Positions 39,020 through 52,069 of a stretch of 64,000 nucleotides of DNA are shown here, in pieces (position 1 is the first letter of the stretch; each line of letters starts with the position of its first letter). The notes beneath the pieces were generated by a model. It searched no databases. It was not told where the DNA came from and saw only the letters and a program-made list of their open reading frames with translations. Made by a program: the position numbers and the translations under genes. Source of the stretch: Felis catus (lineage: Eukaryota); contig NC_058368.1 in the NCBI RefSeq assembly GCF_018350175.1, positions 88,352,001 to 88,416,000 of the forward strand, written 5' to 3'.

Positions 39020-40660
39020 AGAAAACCCAAAAGACTCCACCAAAAAATTTCTAGAACTACTATATTAATTCAGCAAAGTCATAGGATATAAAATCAACAT
39101 ACAGAAATTGGTTGCATTTCTACACACCGATAATGAAGAAGCAGAAAAAGAAAACCAAGAGTCAATTCCATTACACCTGCACCAAAACAATAAGATAAGT
39201 AGTAATAAACCTAACTAAAGAGGTAAAAGATCCGTATGTTGAAAACTATAGAAAACTTGTGAAAGAAATTGAAGAGACACAAAGAAATGGAAAGACATTC
39301 CATGCTCATGGATTGGAAGAACAAATATTGTTAAAATGTCCATACTACACAAAGCAATCTACGCGTTCAATTCAATCCCAATCAAAATAACACCAGCATT
39401 CTTCACAGAGCTACAACAAACAATCCTAAAATTTGTATGGATCCACAAGAGACCCCGAGTAGCCAAAGCAATCTGAACAAGAGAAACAAAACTGGAGGCA
39501 TCAAGATTCTGGACTTCAAGCTATATTACAAAGCTGTAATCATCAAGGCAGTGTGGTACTGGCACAAAATAGACACATAGATCAATGGAACAGAATAGAA
39601 AACCTAGAAATGAACTCACAACTATATGATTTTCGACATCTTTGTCATCTTCGACAAAGCAGGGAAGAATATTCAATGGAAAAAGGCAGTCTCTTCAGCA
39701 AATGGTGCCAGGAAAATTGTACAGCAACACTCAGAAGAATGAAACTGGACCACGTACTCACACCATACACAAAAATAAATTCAACATATAGATGAAAGAC
39801 CCAAATGTGAGACAGAATATCATCAAAATCCTAGAGGAGAACATAGGCAGCAACCTCTTTGACCTCGGCCATGGCAACTTCGGCCATGGCAACTTCTTAA
39901 TAGACATGTCTCCAGAGGCAAGGGAAACAAAAGCAAAAATGAACTATTGGGACCTCATCAAGATGAAACGCTTCTGGACGCGAAGGAAACAATCAGCAAA
40001 ACTAAAAGGCAACTGATGGAATGGGAGAAGGTGTTTGCAAATGAAATATTAGATAAAGGGTTAGTATCCAAAATATATAAAGAACTTATCAAACACAACA
40101 TCCAAAAAACAAATAATCCAGTTAAGAAATGGGCAGAAGACATGACCAGACACTTTCCAAAGAAGACATCCAGATGGCCAACAGATACATGAAAAAAGGC
40201 CCAACATCACTCACTCATCATCAAGGAAATATAAATCAAAACCAGGATGAGATACCACCTCATACCTGTCAGAATGGCCAAAACCAACAACTCAGGAAAC
40301 AACAGATGTTGATGAGGATGTGGAGAAAGGAGAACCCTCTTGCACTGTTGGTGGGAATGCAAACTGGTGCAGCCACTCTGGAAAACAGTGTGGAGGTTCC
40401 TCAAAAAACTAAAAATAGAACAACCCTGTGACGCAGCAATTGCACTAGTAGATATTTATCCAAAGGATACAAAAGTGCTGATTCGAAGGGGGTACATGCA
40501 CCCCAATGTTTATAGCAGCATTATCAACAACAGCCAAACTGTGGTGGAAATAGCACAAATATCCATCAGCTGATGAATGGATAAAAAAGTTCTATATACA
40601 TGTATTCATACGTGTATACATAGTGGAATATTTCTCAGCCATCAAAAAGAATGAAATCTT

Positions 40661-40888
40661 GGGGCGCCTGGGTGGCTCAGTTGATTGAGTGTCTAACTTC
40701 GGCTCAGGTCACAATCTCACAGTCCGTGGGTTCAAACCCTGCATCAGGCTCTGTGCTGACCTCTTGCTCAGAGCCTGGAGCCTGCTTCAGATTCTGTGTC
40801 TCCTTCTCTCTCTGCCCCTCCCCTGCTCACGCTTTGTCTCACTCTGTTTCTCAAAAGTAAATAAATGTAAAAAAAAAAAAAATTAAAA
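40661..40888 (+). mobile_element. Can-SINE inserted in L1 3' end
   Basis: TSD aaaaaga(a/g)tgaaatcttg at 40644-40661 and 40889-40906. Confidence 0.93.
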
Positions 40889-41270
40889 AAAAAGAGTGAA
40901 ATCTTGCCATTTGCAATGACATGGGTAGAGCTAGAATGTACTATGCTAAGTGAAATGAGTCCATCAGAGAAAGACAAATACCATATGATTTCACTCATAT
41001 GTGAATTAATAAATAAAACATGAACATATGGGAAGGAGGGAAGAGAAGAGAGGGAAACAGACCACAGAGACTCCTAACAGTAGAGAACAAACTGAGGGTT
41101 GCTGGAGGGGAGGTGGGGCAGATGGGCATTAAGGAGGGCATTTGTTGGGATGAGCACTGAGTATTGCATGTGAGCGATGAATCACTGAATTCTACTGCTG
41201 AAACCGTTATTACACTTCAGTTACCTAACTAGGATTTATATAATAATAAGGTAAGAAACCCCGGCCCTGC

Positions 41271-41666
41271 AACCACAGGCACTCAGGGCATCTTTCAGGG
41301 CAGAGACAGGGCATTCAGGCCACTCTGTGGCACCCTGAGCTCATTCTTTCCTTTCTGCACTTTGTCCAGTGGAGCTGGGAGCAGCCAGCAAATCTCAGTT
41401 TGACAAAAATGCTATTAGCATCAAATATGTGGTCACTCGGATCCTTGCCTCTTAAAGTATTTGACTAGGAGTGTCCTGCAGAGATATTTTGTGTATCTCT
41501 AATGCTACATGCCATGCATTAGTGCGTGGAAATGAGAGTTAGTAGATTTAAATCTAATCAGATTATTAATCCCCCAAACTGTAGAACACATTCAGAAATC
41601 ACCCTTCAGTCTTAGTACCAGATTCCCTATCTGTTAGGTTCTCCAGAGAGACAGAACCTGTAGGAC

Positions 41667-41713
<47 letters not shown>

Positions 41714-41830
41714 TATAGAGAGAAGCAGAGAAGGAGACAGAGAAGAAGGGTGGGCAGAGGCGGGCACAGGCCAGGACAAAGAGGCACCACCATCCCTGAG
41801 GACCCCTGTAGGCACCACAGCTATTTCCAC
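41271..41830 (-). mobile_element. ERV-L 5' internal segment and MLT2-type 5' LTR remnant (LTR from ~41627; right boundary uncertain)
   Basis: Minus strand reads ggttctgtctctctggagaacctaac...gaatctggtact, resembling the MLT2 LTR end / ERV-L internal start; (CA)n at 41669-41710. Confidence 0.68.
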
Positions 41831-42809
41831 CTGGGACCGTGGTGGGACAGAGACCAAGCACCGTGACAGGGCACCTCCAGCAGAATCAAGGACTCCACAG
41901 TGTACACGGCCTGGCCCACCCGCGGGAAAGACTTCTGAGGGGACAATGAATCACAAAGCACAAAAATAAGAACGCAAGCAGTCAGGCCCACAGGGGTGCT
42001 CACACCAATGTCTGAAGGTGCCAACTCTTGATGGTGTGTTGGGGGCCAGCAGTCCGCCAGCCCCGGCGATGGGCTGCTGGAGAGACAGTGGGACACAGGG
42101 AGATGTGAAGGATGGGCGCAGGGGCAGTCCTTCTGGGGACTCAGGATGCCTGGTGCCCCATGGAAGCAGCACAGTGGTTGGGAGTGGAAGGGTCTGTTTC
42201 TGTGACAGTCCTTCTCTGGTTCATCCACTGAGTCTTCAGGAAGAGGAACACAACATGTAAAACAGAGCAATAGCTCAGATATTTCGAGTTAGTCCATCGT
42301 TACCCTCATTTCCTAGCAGGAATCAAAAGCAAATAACAGGAACTCATGGGTTGACACATTAGAGAAGAAAGCACACTTTAGATAGCTCTTCCCAATTTCC
42401 TGTTGAAATATCGACCCAGACACAGAAAAAGGCAGAAACTGGCAACAAAATGGCAAATCAAAGGAGAAGACCACACAGATGGAGAAGTAAGCACTTGCAC
42501 TATGTCTGTTTTACCCTATGACTGTAAATGGGACAATGTCCAAAGATGGCAGGAAAACCTGAACTTTGCACAGACAGCACCTGCTCCAGGATGCAGCAAG
42601 CAGCTGTGAGCAGAAAACTCAGGCATCCTCATGAGGGCTGGAGCAAATGGACTACGTACCGGCCCCCTGCCACAGCTCCTTGCATCCCTTTCTCCGCACT
42701 GGCCCCTGCATCTCTTCCTCCTTCCTCCGCACCAGATACTTACAGAATTGTAAGTAATTGTAGGTTGGTGCACTAAAAAAGGATGCTCAAGGATATGTCT
42801 GTTTGAAAA

Positions 42810-43620
42810 ATTGTCAGAGGATGATCAGATTCTGACAATTACAAGGTGTGTGTGGTTTTATCCCCACACCAAGCCATTCACTCAGCTCTGGTCCCGTCCA
42901 CATGGACTCCACTCTGGCCCTGTCCACATGGAGTCAGCATCAGACCTCACAGGCTCAGCCCCACAAGACCACCACCACTTCAGGCACCAACCCCAAGTCC
43001 AGACATCACCTGTGCTCTGACCCACAGGTGACAGATCACAAGTTCCCATGGCTCCTCCTCAGGTCTGATGAATGTGCTGGAGGGGCTCAGAGAACTCAGG
43101 GAAATGTTTCACTTGCTAGGTTAGTGGTTTATTACAAAAGGATATGACTCAGGGATAGCCTGATGGAAGAGATGCCCAGGGTGAGGCACTGGGGAAGGGG
43201 CGGGAAGCTTCCATGCCTCTCTAGGCACGTCACTCTACCCACGTCTCCACGTGCTCCCCAGCCTGGAAGCCCCCCCCAACCCCAAGACCGTCCCCCTGAG
43301 TTTTCACTGGGGCTTCATTGTATAGACATGATCGATTAATCCATTGCCCATTGGTAATTGATTCCGTCTCCCCTCCCCAGAGGTCAGGGGCAGGACTGAA
43401 GCCTCCAACTCTCTGGTCCCATGGTGGGGTCCGCAGGCCACCAGCCACCATCCCTAGGGGCTTTCCAAAGTCACCGCAACAACATGAACTCGGACTTGTT
43501 ATGAACACCGTGACACCTTCATTGCCGTCTTCAGTTGGGAAACCCAAGGGCTTTAGGAGCTCTGAGCCAGGAACAGTTACAAGGGCCGAGTCCATATTTA
43601 TTATAAATCACACTATCAGA
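42810..43620 (-). mobile_element. MER21-like LTR
   Basis: Minus strand begins tgatagtgtgatttataataaata...gttcctggctcagagctcctaaagcccttggg, matching the recalled MER21 5' end. Confidence 0.72.
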
Positions 43621-44486
43621 GATGACAAATCACATACACATATTTTCCCCAAGGACAACGAGAAGACACAGCAGCAACAACATTTTGGAACCTAGAAACC
43701 AGACAGACTTTGTGAATCCAGGAAAGTAAGGGAAAAGGCAGTGGTGGCAAAGCTGGGACACGACCCAGTCTGTGGTGAAGAACCTACACGTGGAGACAGA
43801 GGGTACCAGGGACCTCGACAACAGGCGTGTTTGTGAAGCTGGGCCTTACCTCACCCCACAAGCAGAAGGTCCAAGCCGTGTGTCAGGAGGGAGCTGGCGA
43901 CAGGGAGCCTGGCCAGCTCGCATGTGGTTCAGCTGAAGGGCGGGAGGTGAGCTGGGAGCAGGGGAGGGGAGCAAACTCCTCTCCTGAGCTGGGACACACA
44001 CCCAAGTCCTTTCCGCACATGGCTCTCCAGAAAACCCCAAGACACAGAGGTCAGCGTGCCCATGAAGCAACAGGCTGCTATTCAGAAGGAACGTTTGGAG
44101 ATTAATAAATAACTAGGAGAAATTAAAAACATCACAGAGATGGAAGGGGAGGAGGAAGACACACTTCAAGAAACAGAAAGTAAAACAAAAAGATAAGACA
44201 CAGAATGAGATCAGAGGCCAGACAACCAGACAACAGGAATCTGAAAGGAACACACTTTAGAACTGAGGGGGAACCAGACTTCATGGACCAACCAGAGAGC
44301 ATCCTGGGGACTCCCCACAAAAGCACCGATGGATGTGCGTCAAGGACTGTGGCCAGGAGCGCCAGGCGGTTGCTTTGCCCTTCCCAGGGGCCCAGTGTGC
44401 CCTCCCCCCGCCCTGCTCGGGTGCTCTCTGTACTTTGTCCTCCACTACTGATAAACGGTATTCTGCTGTACACATCTACTTGCAAC

Positions 44487-44720
44487 TTGTTTTTTTGTTT
44501 TTTGTTTTTTGTTTTTTTTTCCAGTTTACTTATTTTGAGAAATAGAGACAGAGCATGAGCTGGGGATGGGCAGAGAGAGAGGGAGGGAGAGAATCCTAAG
44601 CAGGCTCCGTGCTGTCAGCACAGAGCCCGACATGGGGTTAGAACTCACAAACCACAAGATCATGACCTGAGCCAAAACCAAGAGCTGGTCACTTAACACA
44701 CTGAGCCCCCTAGGTGCCCC
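44487..44720 (-). mobile_element. Can-SINE
   Basis: T-rich tail, (GA)n tract, reverse head ending ggtgcccc. Confidence 0.9.
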
Positions 44721-45706
44721 CACAAGCACTCCTCTGAAGGTAAGATTTGGGGCTCTGTTCCCTGCAGCTCGAGCACACGCCTCCCACACCATGCAGGCAG
44801 TCAGGAGTGTCGCAGGACAGCAACAGGTGGTGCCTGCAGAGTGGGGTCACTCAAGTCAAGGGTCCCCACCAGCAGCAGCCACGCAGGCCTGGACTCAGGG
44901 CCCAGCACTAGGCCATCTGGTCATGAGTTCCCCGACAGCCATCAGGGACACAAGGAGAGGCTGTTCCCAGCAGACGCTAAAATCTCCTTCGTCCTGCACT
45001 CATCTTAGAGTCAGCACAGTGTAGAGCATCGTCTCTGAGACCTTCTGGAGCCAGTGTGTTCACAGCAGCACCTGGCAGTACTCAGCTCTGTGCTCACAGA
45101 CGTGTGAGGGGCACCCAGAGGCCCCAGGACACAGTATGACCTGCAGGCGACTGCAGAAGTAGGCGGGCGGCAGGACTGTGCGGGAAAGAGAGGAGCAAAA
45201 CCCTAAACAAGGCTACCCTCTCACTAAGCATGTCTGCTTTACAAAAACTATTTTTCATTCACAGAGCTGTTTATGTTACCAGGTCGTGGGTTTATTACTG
45301 CACTTTTTGAACAAACAAGTGATTTTTTGAATCTTAGTTCATAAAAAACAGATTAATATTGGCACATATGACCCACGTGGGGTCCTTGATGTGAAACAGA
45401 GGGGGGGTCCTGCGATGGAAGGCTTGGGAGCAGCTGGAGCGCCTCAGTGCGGCCCCAGGCTTGCTGCTACGTGGCTGTGCACAACAGATGTGCCGGTGGA
45501 CCGCATGTGACCTCCACGAGTCACCCGGCCGCATGGCCTGTTCCCTCACAGGCGCCTGAATGAGGTGGTCTTCCTGAGACACTGGAAACACAGAGCCCTC
45601 CCCCCACAAATGTGCCACTGTAGCCCACCTGGCGGGGCGACCCATATGTACGACACAGGGAATGGCGGGGAAGACACACAGGGCAGGGCTACGTGGCTCT
45701 GTCTAC

Positions 45707-46191
45707 CTGTCAGCCACGTCCAGGTCGGATTCCATCTTGTCCAGGCCCCTGGTGATGCTGTCCAGCTGCTCGCCCTGATGGTGGAGGACTCTGGCCGTGT
45801 CCTCCAGGCGCTTCTGGGAACAGGCCATGAGGCCAGTCAGCTCCTTCCCCTTGGTCGCAGGAAGCGGTGCTTCCGGCTGGGAGAGCAGCAGCTCTCTCCA
45901 GAAATGCTCGATGACACTGAATGCGGCATTGCGACTGGGCTGCAGGGAGCTGAACCAGTGCTTGCGGTTGTCCTTCTCCAGGACGGTGATGGAGCTGAAG
46001 ACGAAGTGAGAAGCCTCCTTCTTGATCGCAGTGATGCCAGACAGCGGGAAACTCACCAGCGTCTCCTGGGCCTCATCACCCGCAAACTTCAGGGAGCAGG
46101 AGGTTAAGGAAAGCTTTCCAGGGACCCATCGCTTGTCCAGCTCTAAGTAGTAGGAGCACGGCCAGGTGTGCACGCAGACCTCTCTGCTCAT
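45707..46191 (-). CDS. SNAP47: SNAP47 coding exon 1 (transcript exon 2; the exon starts at 46233 with 42 nt of 5' UTR)
   Basis: Translates MSREVCVHTWPCSYYLELDKRW...QGEQLDSITRGLDKMESDLDVADR, the SNAP47 N-terminal PH-like region and first SNARE motif. Acceptor ...cctgcacag|GCAGAG at 46233, ATG at 46191, donor AG|GTAGAC at 45707 (phase 2). Confidence 0.95.
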
Positions 46192-48502
46192 CTGGCTCCC
46201 GGTGGGTCTGCTCCACGGCCTCGGCCACTCTGCCTGTGCAGGAGAGGGATAAATCAGTGGGTGGGGCAGGCTACAGCACATCATCACACCTGGACCAGAG
46301 ACACCACCGGCAGGGGTGGAGAGGGGGCGGCCAGGCTCTGAGCACAGCTGTCTCCCTCCACCTGGAGTGAGCAAGATGCAGGCCTGCCCCACCAGAAGCA
46401 GGGTCCATGGCTGGACCTGACTGAAGGGCAGAAACCCCTGGAAACGGCCACCCCAGGATCCCTCATGCATACACTGTTTTGGCTGTGATGACCCCCACCT
46501 CCCCCACACATTCCTGACAAGTTCCTGTACTAACATTCTCCACTGGAAATGTGCAGAAACTGACTTAATACCATAAAAGAAAAAATCCCACAGAAAAACT
46601 TTTCCCTTCTTGTAAGGCCCGCTAACTTCACAAAGCTCCACGTAATCGACAGGCTATGCATACAAACGTACACGTACAGTTTCATACAGTTACAAGCAGC
46701 AGGGGCGCACTGTTCACACCTACAGTTTGCATTTGCTAACGAAGGGCAGAAAGGCACAAACAGCAGATGTGAACAACCCCTGAAGGACATGCAGTCCGCC
46801 CCTCACTGAACAGATAAGGCACCGAAGCCGGGACAGGAAGAGGACCTTATGCAAGCTCAGGCCACAAGCACGTGATACTGACTTGGCCAGAGTTGGGCTT
46901 GGGAATGCCTCGTCCAGCTCACTTCTGGGCAAGGGTCCCCCGTACCATGGGCTTCTACTGCTACCCTCTGTCTTCACCCCTTGCAGTCACAACATGGCCT
47001 TCCCTGTGAAATAGGGAGAACAAATAACTAATGTCATCTCTTAACAACACACAGGGAGTCCCTGCATCCCGGCCACGGGCCACAGGCCCTGAGGAAACAA
47101 CACTGGCTTCGGCCTGGGCCCATGGAGCTCAGTCCACTGGACCCCTGTGAACATCTTCACTGAGTTGTACCTTAAAGACCTGGACTAGAGCAGAACAGCT
47201 GGACAAGACAACAAAGCCACGTGTACTGCACGGAGCTGCCCACTTACAGAGAAACACAGTGAGCGGAGAGTTGGCGATGCTCCACCAAATACAAACTGAG
47301 CTAACGCAGACTAAACTCCACAGCTCACAGGTGAAGGTGTGGTGACATATGGGAAGGAAGTCTTATCGGAGGATGGCATGGCAGGACAGCCACCGGTTCC
47401 TGTGACGGCCAGCTCTTGGGGCAAGGACAGCATTGTGCTCCTAACCCAACTTAGGGAACACTCTGGGGCTGAATGTGTCTGTCCAGCTCACCCTGCTGCT
47501 CACAGTTCTGTGGGTAGCAGCCTTCATTGAACACCGTCAGACACAGATGGCAGATGTGGTCCTGGCCTAGTTAATCAGTGTGTCGGATAGGGGACTCAGG
47601 AAAGTCCATTGAAGCTGAGATGGTACAGAAACCAGGGGCAGGCACTTCCAGGATGTAATTCTCTGCATCTCATGCCAGCTTTTGTCCCAGGCGCTTCTTC
47701 TCATAGTGGTGCAGGGTTGTCCCTCCTGATTGAGACACCATCTGCTGCCTCCTGGCCAGGATTACAGGACACTGTCCCCTTGGAGGCCTGCTCACAGCCC
47801 CCTGGGAGGCCCATCTCCTTGGCCACATGGTGAGTGCCAGACCAGGGGAGCCTCAGCACTACAGGTGCACCTGACAAACACCAACCTCATAGTGCGAGGG
47901 ACCCAGGTATCCACGGTCCCAACCTTCTGCACAGACAACTGAGTCATGCTCCCGAGGGGCATGACCTGTGAGCGTTCCCAGCAGCCCTGCAGCCATGCTG
48001 GGATGGTGCGCAAGGTCACCATCTGCAGCAGACACAGCTGGACAGTGGGAACTGTAAAACAAGCATCTCTTCACCAGACTTCTGTCCCCACCAAGAGGGC
48101 ACTCCCCTGACACTGACCCAAACACAAAACAGACTACAGAGCGCTGGTGGTGGCCTGGAGCTCTGGCAGGACAGGAAAGTCAGGTGCACACACCTGTGAT
48201 GTCCTCTGCAGGTGACCTGCTAGTGCCCTTCCTCCACGAGGCCCCTGCTGTCATCCGGAACATGGATGGCAGGCAAGCCTCTACTCTCAGAACCAGGGAC
48301 GACTAACATGATTTTGGGATTTTGAGACCAAGACTAAGGTTGGAGGCCAGGCACCTCAGCCCTGCCATGGAGCCTGTCACTGTACTGGTCAGCACCTGGG
48401 GCCAGCCTGACCCTAATCCTCCAGCAGCCAGGAGCCCCCCCCCAAATCGGCCCCTAGTCCCCACAGTGTGCAACCCACAGGGAGTCCCTGTCCATACATA
48501 GA

Positions 48503-48642
48503 CACCGTGTGAGCCCCGCTGGAAATCCCTGACCACGGCTGCTGGCCCAGGAGACACCCCACCAGCACCGCATGAGCCCCACTGTAAATCCCCGACCACA
48601 GCTGCTGGCCCAGGAGTCACTCCACCAGCACCGTGTGAGCCC
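48503..48642. repeat. 63-bp tandem repeat, about 2.2 copies
   Basis: caccg(tg/ca)tgagccc units start at 48503, 48566 and 48629. Confidence 0.8.
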
Positions 48643-49302
48643 ACGCACGCCTTCTGTAAACAGTGACTGAGGCCGGTACTGCATCGTCAGGAGCTCGCTC
48701 TACCAACTTCATGGCTCCTGCTGGGCCTGTTCATCTGCCAGTAAAATAACTGAAGACCCCAGGACAACTCCACCTCTCAGATATGCTAGAATTCACTCAG
48801 GGAAGAGCAAGGGAAGAGGAAAGAACAGTCCAGAGGAGGAGAAACCTCACTGCCTACTGGGAGCAGCACTCAGGGTGGATGATTCTGAGGATGATTCCAA
48901 GGACGCAGCAAAAGGAGAAACCCGCAGCCGGCACCCCTCCTTCCTCATGTTCCCATGGTTCTTCCCCGGCAGACAGAGTGGACAGGGAAAATGTGGAGGA
49001 CCCAAGTGACAACAGCACTCCCACACTGGCCCTCACTAGTCTGTGCGAAGCAGTGCCCTTGAGAGACCAGGCCTCCCTCTCCTGCCCTTGATCCCAACCC
49101 TATGCAGCAACACCAGCCTCCTTGCCTTCTGACCAAAGGCCAGACAGTAAATACCCTGGACTCCGTGGGCACTGGTCACTGTCACAAGCACCCCGCTCTG
49201 CCGATGGAAGCAGCCAAGATACCACAGCAACAGAGGGGCATGGCTGTCCTTGTGGACAAAATAGGTGGCTGCCAAGCTTGGCCAGTGGGCCACAGTGGGC
49301 CC

Positions 49303-49393
49303 ACCCTGACCACAGCACTGACCATAGCACTGCCCATAGCTCCAATCAGAGCACTGCCCACAGCTCTGACCAGAGCACTGCCCACAGCTCTGA
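49303..49393. repeat. 12/24-bp tandem repeat
   Basis: gcactgcccacagctctgaccaga repeated with variants. Confidence 0.75.
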
Positions 49394-50772
49394 GGAGCTT
49401 GTGAATGATCCTACATGCTGACAGGCTCAGTCTACCCACCACAGAAGGCAAACATCACAAGGAGGGTGCCTTGAGCACAATGCTGGCACACCTCGGCCCT
49501 TGGTAAATGCCTGCTGAGTGAACTACAAATCACCTCATGTGGCAACATTGACTGCATCCACCATGGATGACTTTCTTCCTTCCAGGTCCTGACCTGGGTC
49601 TCTGATCTGTGCTAAGCTCCTGGAGTCCTTATTGCATCTGGAACCCATGGGGACCTGTGCTGACCTGGGAAAGCAGCAGAACTGGGGATGCTCGTGGGGA
49701 GAGATGAGTGGGCACGTGGGTGCAGCGTGCGACGCTCGGCACTTTATGAGACGCGCTATTGTGCATGGATAACTCCCAGGGCTTACATCAGACCTGTGCC
49801 CTGGACTGACACTCAGTATCAAGTAAACACCCTATTTTTAGTTAGTTTCCAAAGTAACAGGACCAGCGACATTTTACACAAGTTCCAAGGACTCTTGGGC
49901 ACAAGCAGGTCTGGAGTCAGAACAGTGGGAGCAGTGTCTCTGGGCGCCGGCAGCCGCCTTTTCCATTACCTTTACCTCCTGCTCCTTAGAGGCTCGTGCT
50001 TTCAACCCAGAGGTTCACATGTGCTGTTTGGGGGTGTCCCGCTGCAACAACGTGGTCTATTCACAGGGCGTGTACCATCCCTCTAACGCTGCAGGCAGAG
50101 AATGAGGATTTGTCCTCATTCCCACGACATTTCCCACCAAGTGCTAACTTTTAAACTCCCCCTGCAGCCCTCCTCTCTGGCTGTGCACAGTACATCACTG
50201 GGCTGCGTTCAGGCTGGGAGCAGTGCCCTGCCCCAGGCCCAGGAATGTGCTCTTCCCACAGTTCCCCAGTGATGCCAGGCCTGCCATCTGGGGGCCTTTG
50301 AGGGGCACAGCCCATGTTCTGGCCCCAGCCCTGCTCTCACGCCTGCTGCCACAGCCCCATTGGTGCAGCGGTGGCAACACTGACCACACCAGAGGGCCAC
50401 CACATGGACTACAGGTAATAGCACAAAACTCCTACCCTGACTTACAGGCTCAGTTGTGCAATCAGACCTGGGGAGCGTGTGGACCTGCTAGGCCAAAGCC
50501 TCCTCTTTCTTAGGAACTTAGTTGCAACCTCAGAGCTTCAGCCGCAAACTTAAAGCCGTATTTCCTAAATCTTCAAACAATCACAAACACTCTGTTTCCC
50601 ACACTATCCCCAACTGCCTCCCAAGGTCTGCAGCCACAAGTGAAATCCAGTAATTAAGGACCATGGAGCCAACAGATGGCAAGATTTTGACAGTACACAG
50701 TCAAATTTTTGCAAAAGGGTAATGACAGCATAAGCTTACACATGTAACTTTTCATACGTATGAAACAGACTC

Positions 50773-50824
50773 TGTGTGTGTGTGTGTGTGTGTGTGCGCA
50801 TGCACGTGCGCGCACGTGTGCATA
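50773..50824. repeat. (TG)n / mixed alternating purine-pyrimidine tract
   Basis: tgtgtg...gcgcatgcacgtgcgcgcacgtgtgcata. Confidence 0.85.
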
Positions 50825-50924
50825 CAAGGAGAGGAAGAAAGAATTAAAGAACAAATGCATACCTGCAAGGATAGCTCTATATCAAAAAGTTTTTTAAGTC
50901 TTATCTGGATAGGATCATAAGTGA

Positions 50925-51119
50925 TTTTTTTTTCTTATTTTGAGAGAGAATGCACACAAGCAGGGCAGGGGGCAGAGAGAGAGGGAGAGAATTCCAAGCA
51001 GGTTCCACACTGTCAGCTCAGAGCCCCAACACCAGGCTCAAGCCTACAAACCCTGAGATCATGACGTGAGCTGAAAGCAATACTCAGATGCTCAACCGAC
51101 TGAGCTGCCCAGGCACCCC
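50925..51119 (-). mobile_element. Can-SINE
   Basis: T tail, (GA)n tract, reverse head ccgactgagctgcccaggcacccc. Confidence 0.9.
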
Positions 51120-52069
51120 ATGGGTGATTCTTTTCCCCACATGAATGGCCCCAGGTGTCCTTGCTGATGGCCACATGCTGACCTCAGGGCACAATGAAGC
51201 TGAGTGGGAAGCCGGCACCACACACACAGAAGCACACGGCTCTTCACACTGCTCTACTCGCCACAAACACTGTCTACCACCTGCCCCACCTCCTCGGTGT
51301 TCTCAGCTCCCACCGTGGATCCCACTTCTACCCGGAACTCAGACTCACCCCAGCTCATTCTCCTCCTGCCCCCCCTCCTCTTCCTTTCCCCACTTCTGGT
51401 CCTCCCTGTTCTCCTTCTGGGTAAGCTTCATGCCACTTGGGAAGAATCCCCTTCAAGCCCTCCTCCAAAGCTCAGAGTCCCAACATCCCCAGAAGCTCCG
51501 TATCCCACCTGTAAAGGTAAGCAGGGTGGCATCTTCCTCATTTAATAAAAGAGAGACACCTGTCCCTCCTCCTTACACAGAGAGTCTCCTTCCTGCAGGA
51601 ATGAGACAAACCCAGCGTCCAGATTTTACAAGGCAGTCACCAGCTGCCAACTCAGAGCTGTAAACACACACCTGCAGAACAGAATCAGAAACGTCTCACC
51701 AGGTTCAAAAGACCAAGGAGGTGCATCTGCTTTTCCCTCAAGGAGATGAGAGCTCTAATTGTCCTTTCTTCTGCTTTTACCGTGTGTGACACGCGTTCTG
51801 CCCAACTCTATACTCTCTTGCAGACTCTCTATGTACATGTAATCTGCCAACTTCACATAGTAACAAACCTACAATCTTTCTTTCCATGTTGATGTGGGTA
51901 GGCTTGTGTTCACAGAACATTTCTCTCTCCAATATGCTAAGGCCCTGACTTGTCACCCCTTCCCACGTCCCCACTCAGAGGATCCTCCATCTCAGACCTA
52001 CTGGTGTGTGCAGCCTCAAATCCTCACTCTTGATCCCCCACACTTCCATTTCAGGCACCTTATTCCCCC

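Larger units (their letters stand above)
38291..41253 (+). mobile_element. 5'-truncated carnivore LINE-1 inserted into ERV-L
   Basis: [12 protein letters not shown] and LSLFADDMI peptides plus 3' UTR; diverged 17-bp TSD agaaatcccagacctgc (38274-38290) / agaaaccccggccctgc (41254-41270). Confidence 0.9.

Noticed and set aside
46234..46641. In-frame open extension upstream of SNAP47 exon 2 (312-aa ORF)
   Set aside because: A good acceptor at 46233 explains the exon start; the upstream peptide shows no recognisable homology and is most simply chance intronic read-through.
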